Source of the DNA: an uncultured bacterium
GTDB lineage: Bacteria > Omnitrophota > Omnitrophia > Omnitrophales > Aquincolibacteriaceae
NCBI GenBank assembly: GCA_964482725.1
Contig: CAYZYT010000001.1
Coordinates: forward strand, 270,912 to 334,911
DNA length: 64,000 nucleotides
Reading direction: 5' to 3'
The notes beneath the pieces were generated by a model that was not told where the DNA came from, did not search any database, and was given only the letters and a program-made list of their open reading frames with translations. Each line of letters begins with the position of its first letter. Within the stretch, counting starts at the first letter, position 1. Shown here piece by piece: positions 1 to 10,141 of the stretch. The translations under genes were made by a program, and so were the position numbers.

Positions 1-349
1 TCCGGATCTCTTCGGATTGATCTTTCACCGAGATCCCACCCGCAAGGATCTTTCCTTCCATGAGATCCTTGGCATTTCGTGCCACGGCCGAGATCGAGGA
101 CCCGATCTGGCGGATGATCCAATACCCCAAAAGCGCGGAACAAATCGCAAGAACCACGAGAAGCTGGAGATCGACGCGATACCCTTCTTGGGTCATGGGA
201 TTAAAGTGGAAAAAGATCATATAGAGCATGATCAGGATAGGGACGAGCGCCATGAGGAAAAAAGCAATGCCCATTTTCCGTTCCAGGCTACTGCTATCCA
301 CGGTTTGAAACTTCAAGAACTTGTTTTTTTCGGGATGACTGTCGCTCAT
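1..349 (-). CDS. Partial (runs off window) membrane signalling protein with two TM helices and a probable HAMP domain
   Basis: Manual translation from ATG at 349: MSDSHPEKNKFLKFQ...MGIAFFLMALVPILIMLYMIFF...LLVVLAICSALLGYWIIRQIGSSISAVARNAKDLMEG..., open to the window edge. Confidence 0.7.
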   Translation of the reverse strand, partial: MSDSHPEKNKFLKFQTVDSSSLERKMGIAFFLMALVPILIMLYMIFFHFNPMTQEGYRVDLQLLVVLAICSALLGYWIIRQIGSSISAVARNAKDLMEGKILAGGISVKDQSEEIR

Positions 350-485
350 GATTTTCATTCTACCCCAAGGAATGGCTTCCTTCACCAGATTTTATCCGGT
401 CTTTCCCGACGCAGGCCGCGGTGATGTCTGGCGTTCGGGGCAGCCCCACATTATAATGCGACTTACTCAAGGAGGACCCAACACC

Positions 486-845
486 ATGACAGTCGCATCC
501 AGATCATCAGCCCCCCTCGCAAGGGATTTCGTCGCGGAGTCCCTCAACCTCGCAAGACTTGTGACCTATCAAAAGCATTCCGTCGTCAGCAAGCAGCTCT
601 TAAACAAAAAAGCAGGGACGTTGACCTTGTTCGCTTTTGATAAAGGCGAAGGCTTAAGCGAGCACACGGCCCCCTATGACGCATCCGTCATGATCCTCGA
701 CGGTAAAGCCACGATCAAGATCGGTGGGAAACCCCACAAGCTGAAGAAGGACGAAATGATCATCATGCCCGCGGGGGTCCCCCATTCGCTCAAAGCCACC
801 GAACCCTTCAAGATGCTTCTTATCATGATCCGCTCTGCGGAATGA
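486..845 (+). CDS. Cupin domain protein
   Basis: FAFDKGEGLSEHTAP and MPAGVPHSLKA cupin motifs; AAGGAGG RBS before ATG 486. Confidence 0.88.
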   Translation: MTVASRSSAPLARDFVAESLNLARLVTYQKHSVVSKQLLNKKAGTLTLFAFDKGEGLSEHTAPYDASVMILDGKATIKIGGKPHKLKKDEMIIMPAGVPHSLKATEPFKMLLIMIRSAE

Positions 846-892
846 AAAAAGGACCGGTTGCCTTTGTAAAAAGACAGCCGGCCCCTTTTTTG
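846..892. terminator. Probable bidirectional intrinsic terminator
   Basis: A6-GGACCGGTTG...CAGCCGGCCCC-T6 hairpin between convergent genes. Confidence 0.7.
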
Positions 893-914
893 AAAAAGAA
901 CTTCTTCCTTACCG

Positions 915-1337
915 TTATGCCTGAGCCCGTCGCTCCGTACGAACCGCTTTCCGTTCGCGATGAAGCTGTTTCTTATCTTCCCTCACTTCTTTTTTCGCAA
1001 CCTGTAATGTTTCTTTATCGCCCTTCTTTTGCTGGACATTCCCCTGATGGACCGCTTTGAGCTGCGCCCGGAGCTCTTTGACTTTCTCTTTATCTCCTGC
1101 CAGCTTCGCAGCCTTGATCTGCTCTTTCAGGCTTTTTTCTTCCGCCTTGGCCGTCTCCGCATTCGTTTTCATGGTATCTTTCTGCACCTTCACATCTTCC
1201 TTGTCCGCCGCCAGTTCCTCCTTCAAATTCATCCCCACAGGATCCGTACCCTCTTCCGCATAGAGATTCACAGTACCCACTAGCGTCCCCAAAAAAACCA
1301 CCGCCATGAACATCCCGATCATTTTTTTCATTTTCAA
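915..1337 (-). CDS. Secreted Lys/Glu-rich coiled-coil protein, function unknown
   Basis: Signal peptide ending LYA; K/E/A-rich helical body; AGGAGG RBS. Confidence 0.75.
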   Translation of the reverse strand: MKMKKMIGMFMAVVFLGTLVGTVNLYAEEGTDPVGMNLKEELAADKEDVKVQKDTMKTNAETAKAEEKSLKEQIKAAKLAGDKEKVKELRAQLKAVHQGNVQQKKGDKETLQVAKKEVREDKKQLHRERKAVRTERRAQA

Positions 1338-1412
1338 GCCTCCTTTGATCTCTCATTATGGAATCGCTGCCCTAACACCTCCATTCTACACCCCGCAGAG
1401 TCTCCCACCACC

Positions 1413-1970
1413 TCAAAATTGGACTTTGACGTCCTCAGTTTCTTCCTTCGGGATCTCAAGCATGGTACGCCGTGCGTACCCCAGTGAATTCGCGACAAAA
1501 ACGTCCGGCATTTGCTGAATGCGGATGTTGTAAATATTGACGCTTTCGTTAAAAAACTCTCGCCGGTCTGCGATCTCGTTCTCGAGACCGGAAATGCGGT
1601 TCTGAAGCTGCAGAAAGCTCGCATTCGCTTTCAGATCCGGATAGTTCTCCGAAACAGCAAAAAGTGTTTTGAGCCCCGCCGTAAGCTGATTTTCGGCCTT
1701 TGTTTTATCCTCGATCGAGGTAGCGCTCATAAAAGCCGTCCTCGCCTGCGTGATCTTCTCAAGCACCGCTTGCTCGTATTTCATATAACCCTTACAAGTC
1801 TCGATCAACTTCGGCAATTCATCATGCCGCTGCTTCAAGAGCACATCAATATTCGCCCACGCCTTATCCACATTGTTCCGGACCTGGATCAGGCCGTTAT
1901 AGATCCCCACAAAATATCCGATCAGCCCGAGCACCACAAAAACCACGATCGCTAGCACCACTAATTCCAT
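1413..1970 (-). CDS. lemA: LemA family protein
   Basis: N-terminal TM; AWANIDVLLKQRHDELPKL and ENYPDLKAN motifs. Confidence 0.93.
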   Translation of the reverse strand: MELVVLAIVVFVVLGLIGYFVGIYNGLIQVRNNVDKAWANIDVLLKQRHDELPKLIETCKGYMKYEQAVLEKITQARTAFMSATSIEDKTKAENQLTAGLKTLFAVSENYPDLKANASFLQLQNRISGLENEIADRREFFNESVNIYNIRIQQMPDVFVANSLGYARRTMLEIPKEETEDVKVQF

Positions 1971-2009
1971 AACTTCCTCCTTTTTTCTAAAAAGGGTTTC
2001 CCCTTTCCG

Positions 2010-2783
2010 TTAAAACATCCGTTTTAAATAATGCCCGATCAGAATAAAAAGGCAGACGACAGTCAGAATGGGTCCGCCATAAAGAAAAAGATACATTTTG
2101 TTGCTGAACTCCCCGAGCACATGTTTTTCGCTTTCACTAGAAAGGAGGAAGAAAGCACCGGGCTCAGCCGCCACACAGATGTTCTCGGAACCTTGAGAGG
2201 AACCCCGGATGAGAGGATTCGGCTGAACCGTCCCGACCGCATAAAGTTCATCGCCCGGAACGATATAGGCTTCCTCACAACGAAGCTGTCGCCCAAAACC
2301 CAGAAAACCCTGCGCATCAATCCCCAATGCTTTCAACTGCGCCAGAAAGAGGTCCTTATCCTTGGCGCCCATCCCGGTACTGTAATTGCGATCGGTATGA
2401 ACGTGCAACTCGGCCCCCTTCGGGCAGATCATGACGCGACCCGTTTCGTCCTCAAGGTAGAAATACTCGGGGCTTGTATGCTCGGCGATCGTGACCCAAT
2501 GTCCGCTTTTTCCGGAGCTCCGGTATTCTTCAACCTTATAGCGATAAAAGACACAGGGCGTCTGCGAAAAATCACTGGTGAGAAGCTGTTGGTATTTCCG
2601 CGCCGTGCCATAAACCTCCGCCAGCCCCAAAGCCAGCGCACGCGCGGTGGAAGTAGGAATATCTTCCATTAATTTCTTTTTCTTGCGCAGTTGGAATCCG
2701 CGGAAAAATCCCAGAGCGCCCAGGACAGCGCCGAAGCAAAGATAAGCAAATATTTTTCCTTCAGAATCACTGGACGAACTCAT
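2010..2783 (-). CDS. GIDE-domain membrane protein
   Basis: TM at both ends; MEDIPTS..R..A.G..EV.G, CVFYRYKVEE, FYLEDETG; adjacent to lemA. Confidence 0.7.
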   Translation of the reverse strand: MSSSSDSEGKIFAYLCFGAVLGALGFFRGFQLRKKKKLMEDIPTSTARALALGLAEVYGTARKYQQLLTSDFSQTPCVFYRYKVEEYRSSGKSGHWVTIAEHTSPEYFYLEDETGRVMICPKGAELHVHTDRNYSTGMGAKDKDLFLAQLKALGIDAQGFLGFGRQLRCEEAYIVPGDELYAVGTVQPNPLIRGSSQGSENICVAAEPGAFFLLSSESEKHVLGEFSNKMYLFLYGGPILTVVCLFILIGHYLKRMF

Positions 2784-2941
2784 GCCGCGACCTCTTTCTC
2801 TCCGCCTGTACGGGGTCGATCACCCCAGATCCATTTCAGAAAGCATCGGCTATTCGAACAAAAACCTTTTACCTTTCCGGGCTATTATTTTATCTATTTC
2901 CTGTATGCAAACCATCAAAAACTGGTGCAGAATAGAGCTCT

Positions 2942-4018
2942 ATGAACTCGATCGTTCCGACGAAATACTGGCACAAGCTTGCTAGCGGCAAGATCCAGTG
3001 CGATCTCTGCCCTCGCCATTGCAACCTCGAGGAAGACCAGCGAGGGTTTTGCTTTGTACGCGCTTGCCAAAAAGGTCAGATCGTACTCACTACCTACGGT
3101 CGTTCGAGCGGTTTCTGCGTGGATCCCATTGAAAAAAAACCCCTCTTCCATTTTCTCCCCGGAACACCCGTTCTTTCATTTGGCACAGCCGGCTGCAATC
3201 TGGGCTGCAAATTCTGTCAAAACGCCGACATCAGCCATTCCCGGGAAATGGACACTCTGGCCGATTCCGCCTCCCCGGAGCTCATCGCAAAAACCGCACA
3301 AACCTTAAAATGCCGGAGCGTGGCTTTCACGTACAACGAACCGCATATTTTTCATGAGTACGCCGTAGACACCGCCCAAGCATGCCGCGAACTCGGGATC
3401 AAAACGGTCGCCGTGACGGCGGGTTACGTGAACGCCGAGCCCCGGAAAGGATTCTATGCGTGGATGGACGCCGTCAACGTAGACCTAAAAGGCTTCACGA
3501 AAGAATTCTATAGAAAATACACCGACAGTTCCCTCGAGCCGGTACTCGAAACATTGCTTTATCTGAAAAAAGAAACAAAAGTCTGGGTCGAGATCACCAC
3601 ACTGCTCATCCCGGGCCTGAATGATTCCGAAAAAGAACTGCAGGCCATGACATCCTGGATCGTAAAAAATCTCGGGCCGGATGTTCCGCTGCACTTCACG
3701 GCATTCCACCCAGCGTATAAAATCCTCGAGATCCCGCCCACGCCGATCTCAACGCTCCGCAAGGCCCGCGAGACCGCGCTCGCCAACGGTCTCCGTTACT
3801 GCTACACAGGAAATGCCGAAGACCCCGAAGGGGAAACCACCTTTTGCCACTCCTGCGGGAAAAAACTGATCGGCAGAAACTGGTATGAATTGACGGGATG
3901 GGATTTAAAGGCCAATGGCTCGTGCAAATTTTGCGGAGTGATCTGCGCGGGAATTTTTGAGCCCAAGCCCGGGGACTGGGGATCGAAACGCTTGCCGGTC
4001 AGGCTCAAACCAGACTAG
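2942..4018 (+). CDS. amrS: AmmeMemoRadiSam system radical SAM enzyme
   Basis: CDLCPRHC, DPIEKKPLFHF, CNLGCKFCQN (CxxxCxxC), AFTYNEP. Confidence 0.9.
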   Translation: MNSIVPTKYWHKLASGKIQCDLCPRHCNLEEDQRGFCFVRACQKGQIVLTTYGRSSGFCVDPIEKKPLFHFLPGTPVLSFGTAGCNLGCKFCQNADISHSREMDTLADSASPELIAKTAQTLKCRSVAFTYNEPHIFHEYAVDTAQACRELGIKTVAVTAGYVNAEPRKGFYAWMDAVNVDLKGFTKEFYRKYTDSSLEPVLETLLYLKKETKVWVEITTLLIPGLNDSEKELQAMTSWIVKNLGPDVPLHFTAFHPAYKILEIPPTPISTLRKARETALANGLRYCYTGNAEDPEGETTFCHSCGKKLIGRNWYELTGWDLKANGSCKFCGVICAGIFEPKPGDWGSKRLPVRLKPD

Positions 4019-4092
4019 AGACTACAGACTTCAGACATCAGAAAAAACTTTCCTTTATTGTCTGTTGTCTGTGGTCTGTCGTCTGTTGTCTG
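4011..4092. repeat. Inverted heptamer-repeat hairpin (CAGACTA-like / GTCTGTT-like)
   Basis: cagacta-gagacta-cagactt-cagacat ... gtctgtt-gtctgtg-gtctgtc-gtctgtt; overlaps the 3' end of the CYTH gene. Confidence 0.8.
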
Positions 4093-4592
4093 AGCAATTG
4101 ATCGCTATACGAATCCGCGACAAGGTCTTCCGCCCGTATCCCCAAAAGCCTCTGATAGAACTCGCATTGCTTTTTTAGTTTTGCGGCGGCTTGCGCGGGA
4201 CCGAAGACTTCGATCTCCATGAAATGCCCGAGCCTTTTTACGCAATCGATGTGGAATTTGACGTTCCGGAGAAAAAAGATCTCGCGCTTTTTGTCGACTG
4301 TCACAAGGACCCCGAGCATCCGCCCAAGGATTTCTTTGAGGAACGTTCCCTTTTTGACGGGATGGAGCACGGCCTCACACTTCTTAGAATTCTTTCGATC
4401 AACGCGCTTGTAATAGATAAGAGCGTTCTCGATATTCCCTTCGCGAAATTTGAGCCGGCCAGAAGGAACCCGGAAATACGTGTCGACCTGGTGGTCGAGG
4501 CCTCGAAAGCTCGCGCCGCGAGCTCGAAGGATCTTCCGAATGCGGGCCGGGGCGGAACACCGCGCCTTGATCTCAAAACTCAAGGAATTCAT
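4038..4592 (-). CDS. CYTH-domain protein (class IV adenylate cyclase family)
   Basis: EIKAR, QVDTYF, RLKFRE, VDKKREIF, LGHFMEIE, SYSD motifs. Confidence 0.9.
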   Translation of the reverse strand: MNSLSFEIKARCSAPARIRKILRARGASFRGLDHQVDTYFRVPSGRLKFREGNIENALIYYKRVDRKNSKKCEAVLHPVKKGTFLKEILGRMLGVLVTVDKKREIFFLRNVKFHIDCVKRLGHFMEIEVFGPAQAAAKLKKQCEFYQRLLGIRAEDLVADSYSDQLLRQQTTDHRQQTIKESFF

Positions 4593-4599
4593 CAATAAC

Positions 4600-5826
4600 T
4601 CAGGCAGGCTTCAGAGGGAGCGTGAAGGTGAATGTGGAACCTTGACCGGGCTGGCTTTCGACTCCGATCTTTCCGCCATGGGCTTCCACCATGCGCTTGG
4701 CGATCGCAAGCCCCAGTCCGGTGCTTTTTTCTCCGGCAGTCGGAAGAACGTTCGTCCTTCCAAAATATTGGAACATCTTTGAGATCTCCTCACGAGGGAT
4801 TCCCTGCCCCTGGTCCGTCACAGAGATCGCTATTGAATCTTCCAAAGGGACAGCGCGAAGAACGACCCGGCCCTTAGGCTTTGAAAATTTAATCGCATTC
4901 GTAATAAGGTTATTGATGACCTGATCGATACGGTCAGGGTCCATCATAATGCTTGGAAGATCTTCGGGGATCTCCAAAATAAATTCCATAGATTTGCTTT
5001 TAGCTAAAAGTCTATTATCTACGGCGTTTTTCTTCAGATAAGCCGCAAGATCGATCTCGCGCGGGGCCATGGCTAGGTGACCCGCCTCGATCGCGCTGAC
5101 ATCCAAGAGATCGCGGATCAAGGTGAGCATTTTGTCACAATATTGAGAAATAGCCTGGATCGGGCCCTTCTGGTCGGGAGTCAGCTCGCCCAATAAACCA
5201 TCTAAAAAAAGATCCGCGTAACCTTTGATGACCGCAATAGGGCTGCGAAGATCATGCGCTGCGATCCCGAGGAATTTGTTCTTCGAGTCATTGTATGCGA
5301 CCACTTGCTCATAAAGCCGGCTCTTTTCCAGAGTTAAAGCGAGCTGACCCGCGATCGCCTGGAAAAGTTCCACATGCGCGGCTTTATATTGGTAGGCCTC
5401 CCGACTCGAAAAAAAGAGAAAACCGATAGGTCTCCCGGAAACGATCAAGGGACATGTCAGGCTCGAACGCATCCCCTCTTCCACAATATCGCGCGTGGAC
5501 TTAGAATTCGGGTGATCTTGGAGGTAGGCCTCCAGATCGTTCAGAATGCGCGGCTCCCGGGTCTGAAGGATCTTCTCAAGGCTACTGCCTTCCATGACCG
5601 CGAAGTAACCTTTTCCGATCTTGATCACAGAAGCTTCCGAGCGCGCCCAATACGCCCGCAAAACGGCGTCCTTCTCTTCCAGAAGTGAAAAACCGATCCG
5701 ATGATAGGGAACCACTGAATGAAGGGCCTCATAAGCATAGTCCAGGACCTCATCGAGAACTTTCCCTGCGTTGATCTTCTCCGTGATGCGAAGAAGCGCC
5801 CTCAGATCTCCTTCCCGTGTCGCCAT
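4600..5826 (-). CDS. GAF-domain sensor histidine kinase
   Basis: N-terminal GAF; H-box AAHDLRSP, N-box [21 protein letters not shown]. Confidence 0.93.
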   Translation of the reverse strand: MATREGDLRALLRITEKINAGKVLDEVLDYAYEALHSVVPYHRIGFSLLEEKDAVLRAYWARSEASVIKIGKGYFAVMEGSSLEKILQTREPRILNDLEAYLQDHPNSKSTRDIVEEGMRSSLTCPLIVSGRPIGFLFFSSREAYQYKAAHVELFQAIAGQLALTLEKSRLYEQVVAYNDSKNKFLGIAAHDLRSPIAVIKGYADLFLDGLLGELTPDQKGPIQAISQYCDKMLTLIRDLLDVSAIEAGHLAMAPREIDLAAYLKKNAVDNRLLAKSKSMEFILEIPEDLPSIMMDPDRIDQVINNLITNAIKFSKPKGRVVLRAVPLEDSIAISVTDQGQGIPREEISKMFQYFGRTNVLPTAGEKSTGLGLAIAKRMVEAHGGKIGVESQPGQGSTFTFTLPLKPA

Positions 5827-5922
5827 GATCTTCCTTTAATTTAAAAGTGAATAAGGCATCAGGGACTGCCCCGGTCGCCCTCCGTAAATAGAAAAAAACG
5901 AGGACGCCCTATAAAACACCCC

Positions 5923-6816
5923 TTATGCGTTCTTGCTGAAAGGATTCAACTTTTTAAGACTTCTAGCGGCACTTTTAACGCCGCTGGTCACTTCTTTCGC
6001 CGTCCCTTCAACAGCCCCGGTCGTGCCTTTAAGCGCGCCTCCCGCCTGGCCGGCGATCCCGCTCGGATTCCCCGCAGCCGTCTTCAAAGCATCCAGACTT
6101 TTCGCCGCAGTTTCTGCTGCCAGTTTCGTGGAAGTATTAAAAGCTCCCGTGAGAGTCCCTTCAAGGCCTCCGATATCAAAATTCACGAGATTCGAGATCC
6201 CGGAACTCATCATGGCCTTCAGGACGATCAAACGCACCACACTGTTGAGGTCGGTAATATTCTGATAACTCTGATCGAGGTTGATCAGAAATTCCTTGGT
6301 CGAGGGTTGGCCGGTGGAATAATCCATATACACGACCTTGCCGATCTTAAGCCGCATCATGTCGATCTGGATCGGGATGGCTTTTGCCGGAGCCTTCGGC
6401 TCCTGTTTTTCGGTTTGAGCCGCCGGCTTCTTTTGAGTGCCCTGGAGCGCTTTCAGGCGGTCCAGATTGAGCTCCCCTTTTTCATTTTTTACGACGGTGA
6501 ACTGCTTCATATCGAATTCGATATCCTTTACATGGATCTTCCCGGTAAAAATCGCGTCGCGCGCATAGGCGACGAGGATCTTGGGAATATCGACAAGAGT
6601 CGTGTCATGAAAACCCGCGGGGTTTTTGAGAAGAAGCCCTTCGATATCCACCGAGGTATGCACAATATCAAGATCGAACTTCTGAATGGAAAGCGGCATA
6701 CCGGCCACGACGCGAGCACCGGTCTCCATCGCTGCTTTGACTATCACATTACGCGCGAGCACCAAAACGACCAACATCACGACCAACAACATCACTAACT
6801 TCATAATTAGCTTCAT
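5923..6816 (-). CDS. AsmA-like envelope protein
   Basis: N-terminal TM anchor, LKNPAGF, KNEKGELNL; Ala/Gly-rich tail. Confidence 0.7.
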   Translation of the reverse strand: MKLIMKLVMLLVVMLVVLVLARNVIVKAAMETGARVVAGMPLSIQKFDLDIVHTSVDIEGLLLKNPAGFHDTTLVDIPKILVAYARDAIFTGKIHVKDIEFDMKQFTVVKNEKGELNLDRLKALQGTQKKPAAQTEKQEPKAPAKAIPIQIDMMRLKIGKVVYMDYSTGQPSTKEFLINLDQSYQNITDLNSVVRLIVLKAMMSSGISNLVNFDIGGLEGTLTGAFNTSTKLAAETAAKSLDALKTAAGNPSGIAGQAGGALKGTTGAVEGTAKEVTSGVKSAARSLKKLNPFSKNA

Positions 6817-6883
6817 GGTTGCCTCTCCATTGTTGAAAATCGTTAAAATTCAAGCATGCGAATAAACCCGTAGTACGAACGCG

Positions 6884-8644
6884 TTAATTGACCACCGACC
6901 TCTTTCCCGGAGCAGACGTTTTGACGGTACGCCGAAAGATCGCTTCTTCAACCGCGAGCTCCTTGCGCGCATGAATGCGTCCAAGATGATATTCGATCCT
7001 TTCTTGGGGAACATCCAATTGCCCGAGAACCAGACGGTTCAGCTCATGACTCGCTTCCCACTCTTCGGTGACCACGATATCCGCTCCCAGCTCATAGAGG
7101 TGCGGCATCTGTCCTTCGTAACGTGTCCGGACTGCAAGCGTCACGTCCGGATTGAGGCTCTGCACCACGCGGATGATCTGGGTGATGCCAAGCGGATCGG
7201 GGAAACTCACAATAACCGCTCGCGCGCGACTGATCCCGACCCTTTTTAGCACCTCTTGATTGGCCGCATCCCCATAAATAGCTTTCATGTGCATCTTCTT
7301 GGCTTCGCGCATCTTGACCGGATTCATTTCAACGATCACGAACGGAACCTTTTCCTCCTGAAAAGCAATGGCCAGATCCTGGCCGGTGGGCCCAAACCCG
7401 CAAAGGATCACATGCCCCGTAAGGGAGGAAAGCGTACGGTCCTGTTTAGTCCAGCTCTTGGGCGGCACACCAAAGATCATAAACCGACTCAAGATCTTCA
7501 GGACAAACGGGATCGCTGCGAAAAGAAGCGGCGTCATCAGCATGGTCAAAAACGCCGTCGAAAGCAGGATCTGGTAAAGTTCGGGCGTGATATGCCCCGA
7601 ACCTCGCGCCATTTCGATCAGAAGGAACGAGAACTCCCCGATCTGTGAAAGGATGATCCCCGTGACCACGGCCACACGGGGCGGGAACCCGAAGGCCATG
7701 ATCAAAAGCGTCATGATGAAGAAATTAATGAAGAGCACGAGACTCACGACTGAAAGCACGAGAAAGATATGATTCAAAAAGAAGTGGATATCGAATAAGA
7801 GCCCGATCGACACAAAGAAAATGCTCACGAAAAGATGACGAAAAGGAACGATGTCGCCGATCAGTTGATGCGAAAATCCGGTATTCGCAAACATAAAGCC
7901 GGCCAGGAGCGCGCCGATGGCCATGGACAACCCGAGAGCGCCGCTCCCCCACGCCATGCCGAGGCATACCACGACCGAAAAAAGAAAAAAGATCTCTCGG
8001 TTCCGTATCGCGGCCACGCGATAAAGAAGCTGCGGGAGAAGAAAGCGCGAAAAAACAAACGCCCCGGCCAGAAGCAGTACCGTCTTGAGGAACGCCATCC
8101 CGAGGGCCAAACCCACGGAACTCATAGACTGCCCGAAAGCTGAAAGAAAGATCATGAGCGGCACGACCGCAAGATCCTGAAAGATCAGGATCGAGATCGC
8201 GATTCGACCGTGGGGCGAATCGATCTCCCCTCGGTCCATCAGAAATTTCAGCACGATCGCCGTCGAACTGAGCGCAATGACCGAACCCAGAAAAAAACTC
8301 TCGTAGAAGGTCCATCCGCGCCACCAGCCAAAGGCCATCGACACAGCGATCGAGATGAGGATCTGCAAGCTCCCGCCGATCACGGCGATATTTTGCATCC
8401 CGCGCAAACGCTCGACCGAGAACTCCAGACCGATCGTAAGCATGAGAAGTACCACTCCGAGTTCCGCCAGCATCCGGATGTGCTGACTGTCGGAAAGAAT
8501 ACCGAGGCCTTGGGGTCCGATGATCACGCCCGTCAGAAGAAATCCGAGGATGGTCGGAAGATGAAATTTCTCGAAGATCACGGCGACCACCGTAGCCATC
8601 AGAAGCACCAGGAGGATCTCGGTTAGAAATGATGTATTGGCCAT
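6884..8644 (-). CDS. CPA2 cation:proton antiporter with TrkA-N domain (Kef/YbaL-like)
   Basis: About 13 TM helices, ALSSTAIVLK, LIFQDL, SQIGEFSF, GFGPTG Rossmann motif. Confidence 0.93.
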   Translation of the reverse strand: MANTSFLTEILLVLLMATVVAVIFEKFHLPTILGFLLTGVIIGPQGLGILSDSQHIRMLAELGVVLLMLTIGLEFSVERLRGMQNIAVIGGSLQILISIAVSMAFGWWRGWTFYESFFLGSVIALSSTAIVLKFLMDRGEIDSPHGRIAISILIFQDLAVVPLMIFLSAFGQSMSSVGLALGMAFLKTVLLLAGAFVFSRFLLPQLLYRVAAIRNREIFFLFSVVVCLGMAWGSGALGLSMAIGALLAGFMFANTGFSHQLIGDIVPFRHLFVSIFFVSIGLLFDIHFFLNHIFLVLSVVSLVLFINFFIMTLLIMAFGFPPRVAVVTGIILSQIGEFSFLLIEMARGSGHITPELYQILLSTAFLTMLMTPLLFAAIPFVLKILSRFMIFGVPPKSWTKQDRTLSSLTGHVILCGFGPTGQDLAIAFQEEKVPFVIVEMNPVKMREAKKMHMKAIYGDAANQEVLKRVGISRARAVIVSFPDPLGITQIIRVVQSLNPDVTLAVRTRYEGQMPHLYELGADIVVTEEWEASHELNRLVLGQLDVPQERIEYHLGRIHARKELAVEEAIFRRTVKTSAPGKRSVVN

Positions 8645-9026
8645 GAACTCCTTTTAAAATGGGAAGGACCCTTTGTAACCTTTAACAGTATACAAAATCT
8701 CACAGCGAAAAATCCAGCAATATACCCAGATCAACTACACACGAAATACCTTGCTTCGAACCGGCCATCCTAAATCTCCGTTGAATGAGTTTAAAAATAC
8801 AAATTCAGGTCGTTAATAAGAAATGCCTACATAGTGCGAAATTTCGCCCTATTATTGAATCCAAGGCCGCTTCTCTTGAATGACTCAAGAAATGATATCT
8901 ATTGCTATATAAAAGACTTTTTAACAAAAAAAAGAGCGTTTTTGCTAGTCAAACAATCTTGCGTAACACGCTGCATACACCTATACTTGTAGTAGGGATT
9001 GGAACAAAAGGATCCCGGGAGGAGAA

Positions 9027-9425
9027 ATGATGAAGAACATGAGAAGGGTCAAAGATCAAAAGGGCGTTCTTCTCTTAGAATTGCTTTTCGCTTTTTGCAT
9101 ATTGGGTTTTGTCGTCATTTCTTCTGGAGGACTTCTTATCAAAACAGCTCAAATGTCGGAAGACAATAAAGGGCGCCTGCTCGCACTTCAAACAGCGCAG
9201 TCCGTGCTCGAAACGATCAAGGATACCGCACTGACTGGCGTTGCAACGATCCCCACAACGGATTTAATTCCGGCGGGTCTTAATCAGGGCGCGGTAACGA
9301 TTCAAACCAATCCGGCTAATGTCACAGGTGAAGATGTCGCCACGGTCACGGTCACGGTATCCTGGCGAGGAGCCAATAACAGGCCGCAACAACTCCAAGT
9401 CAGCACAATGAAGAGTCGTTTTTGA
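9027..9425 (+). CDS. Type IV minor pilin, PilV-like
   Basis: Prepilin site QKG|VLLLE, hydrophobic helix, VTVTVSW motif. Confidence 0.8.
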   Translation: MMKNMRRVKDQKGVLLLELLFAFCILGFVVISSGGLLIKTAQMSEDNKGRLLALQTAQSVLETIKDTALTGVATIPTTDLIPAGLNQGAVTIQTNPANVTGEDVATVTVTVSWRGANNRPQQLQVSTMKSRF

Positions 9426-9435
9426 AGAGGGCTTT

Positions 9436-10137
9436 ATGAGAAAAAAAAGGATGTTTCATGAAGGTCGGCTTTGGAGGGCCATGGAAGGTTTTACTCTGGT
9501 CGAAACCATGGTCGCCATCGGTTTTTTTTCACTCCTTTCTCTCGCCATATTTTCCACCATCACTTCTGCAAACGCTATTTTGCGAATGCAGACTTTAAAC
9601 GCCGGCATCAATCAAGGCGGCATGCAATTGCTCCGATCGCTTGCCCGAGAGATCGCCGAGAGCAGTCCCGTCGCCGACCAAAGCCATTTAAGCGTGACTT
9701 CGGATCCCAATCCCAATCCGGACTATCCCCCTTACAGCAATGTGAGATTCCAAGTTCCGATTGATTTGGATGGCGATGGCGACCTCGTGGACACCGCAGA
9801 TCCAACAGAGGCCTTAACCCAATTAGTGAAGTGGGGTGCCTACCGATTCGTGAGAACCCCCCAAGCACAGTCCTGGTTGAACGGATGGGTGCGATACCGT
9901 GTCGTGAACGGCCAGCTTCTACGAGAGATCCTGGAATCTTCAAACGGTGCCATACTTGCAACCGATATCATCGTCCTGGAAGATGCCCTGGAATTCAACA
10001 TCACACAAGTGAGCACCAATCGCTACGGTATTGTTTTAACCATAGGAAAACAGGATACCATCGGCCAGAAAGGCCCCACCGCCAGAACCTATCAAACAAC
10101 GTTCGACGGAGATGTCATGTTAAGGAACGGAGGGTAA
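9436..10137 (+). CDS. Type IV minor pilin, PilW-like
   Basis: EG|FTLVETMVA N-methylation motif. Confidence 0.82.
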   Translation: MRKKRMFHEGRLWRAMEGFTLVETMVAIGFFSLLSLAIFSTITSANAILRMQTLNAGINQGGMQLLRSLAREIAESSPVADQSHLSVTSDPNPNPDYPPYSNVRFQVPIDLDGDGDLVDTADPTEALTQLVKWGAYRFVRTPQAQSWLNGWVRYRVVNGQLLREILESSNGAILATDIIVLEDALEFNITQVSTNRYGIVLTIGKQDTIGQKGPTARTYQTTFDGDVMLRNGG

Positions 10138-10141
10138 TCCC

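Noticed and set aside
5861-5910. Possible partial copy of the two-hairpin element (stem with A-rich loop)
   Set aside because: Stem 1 and its spacing are absent; could be a plain terminator
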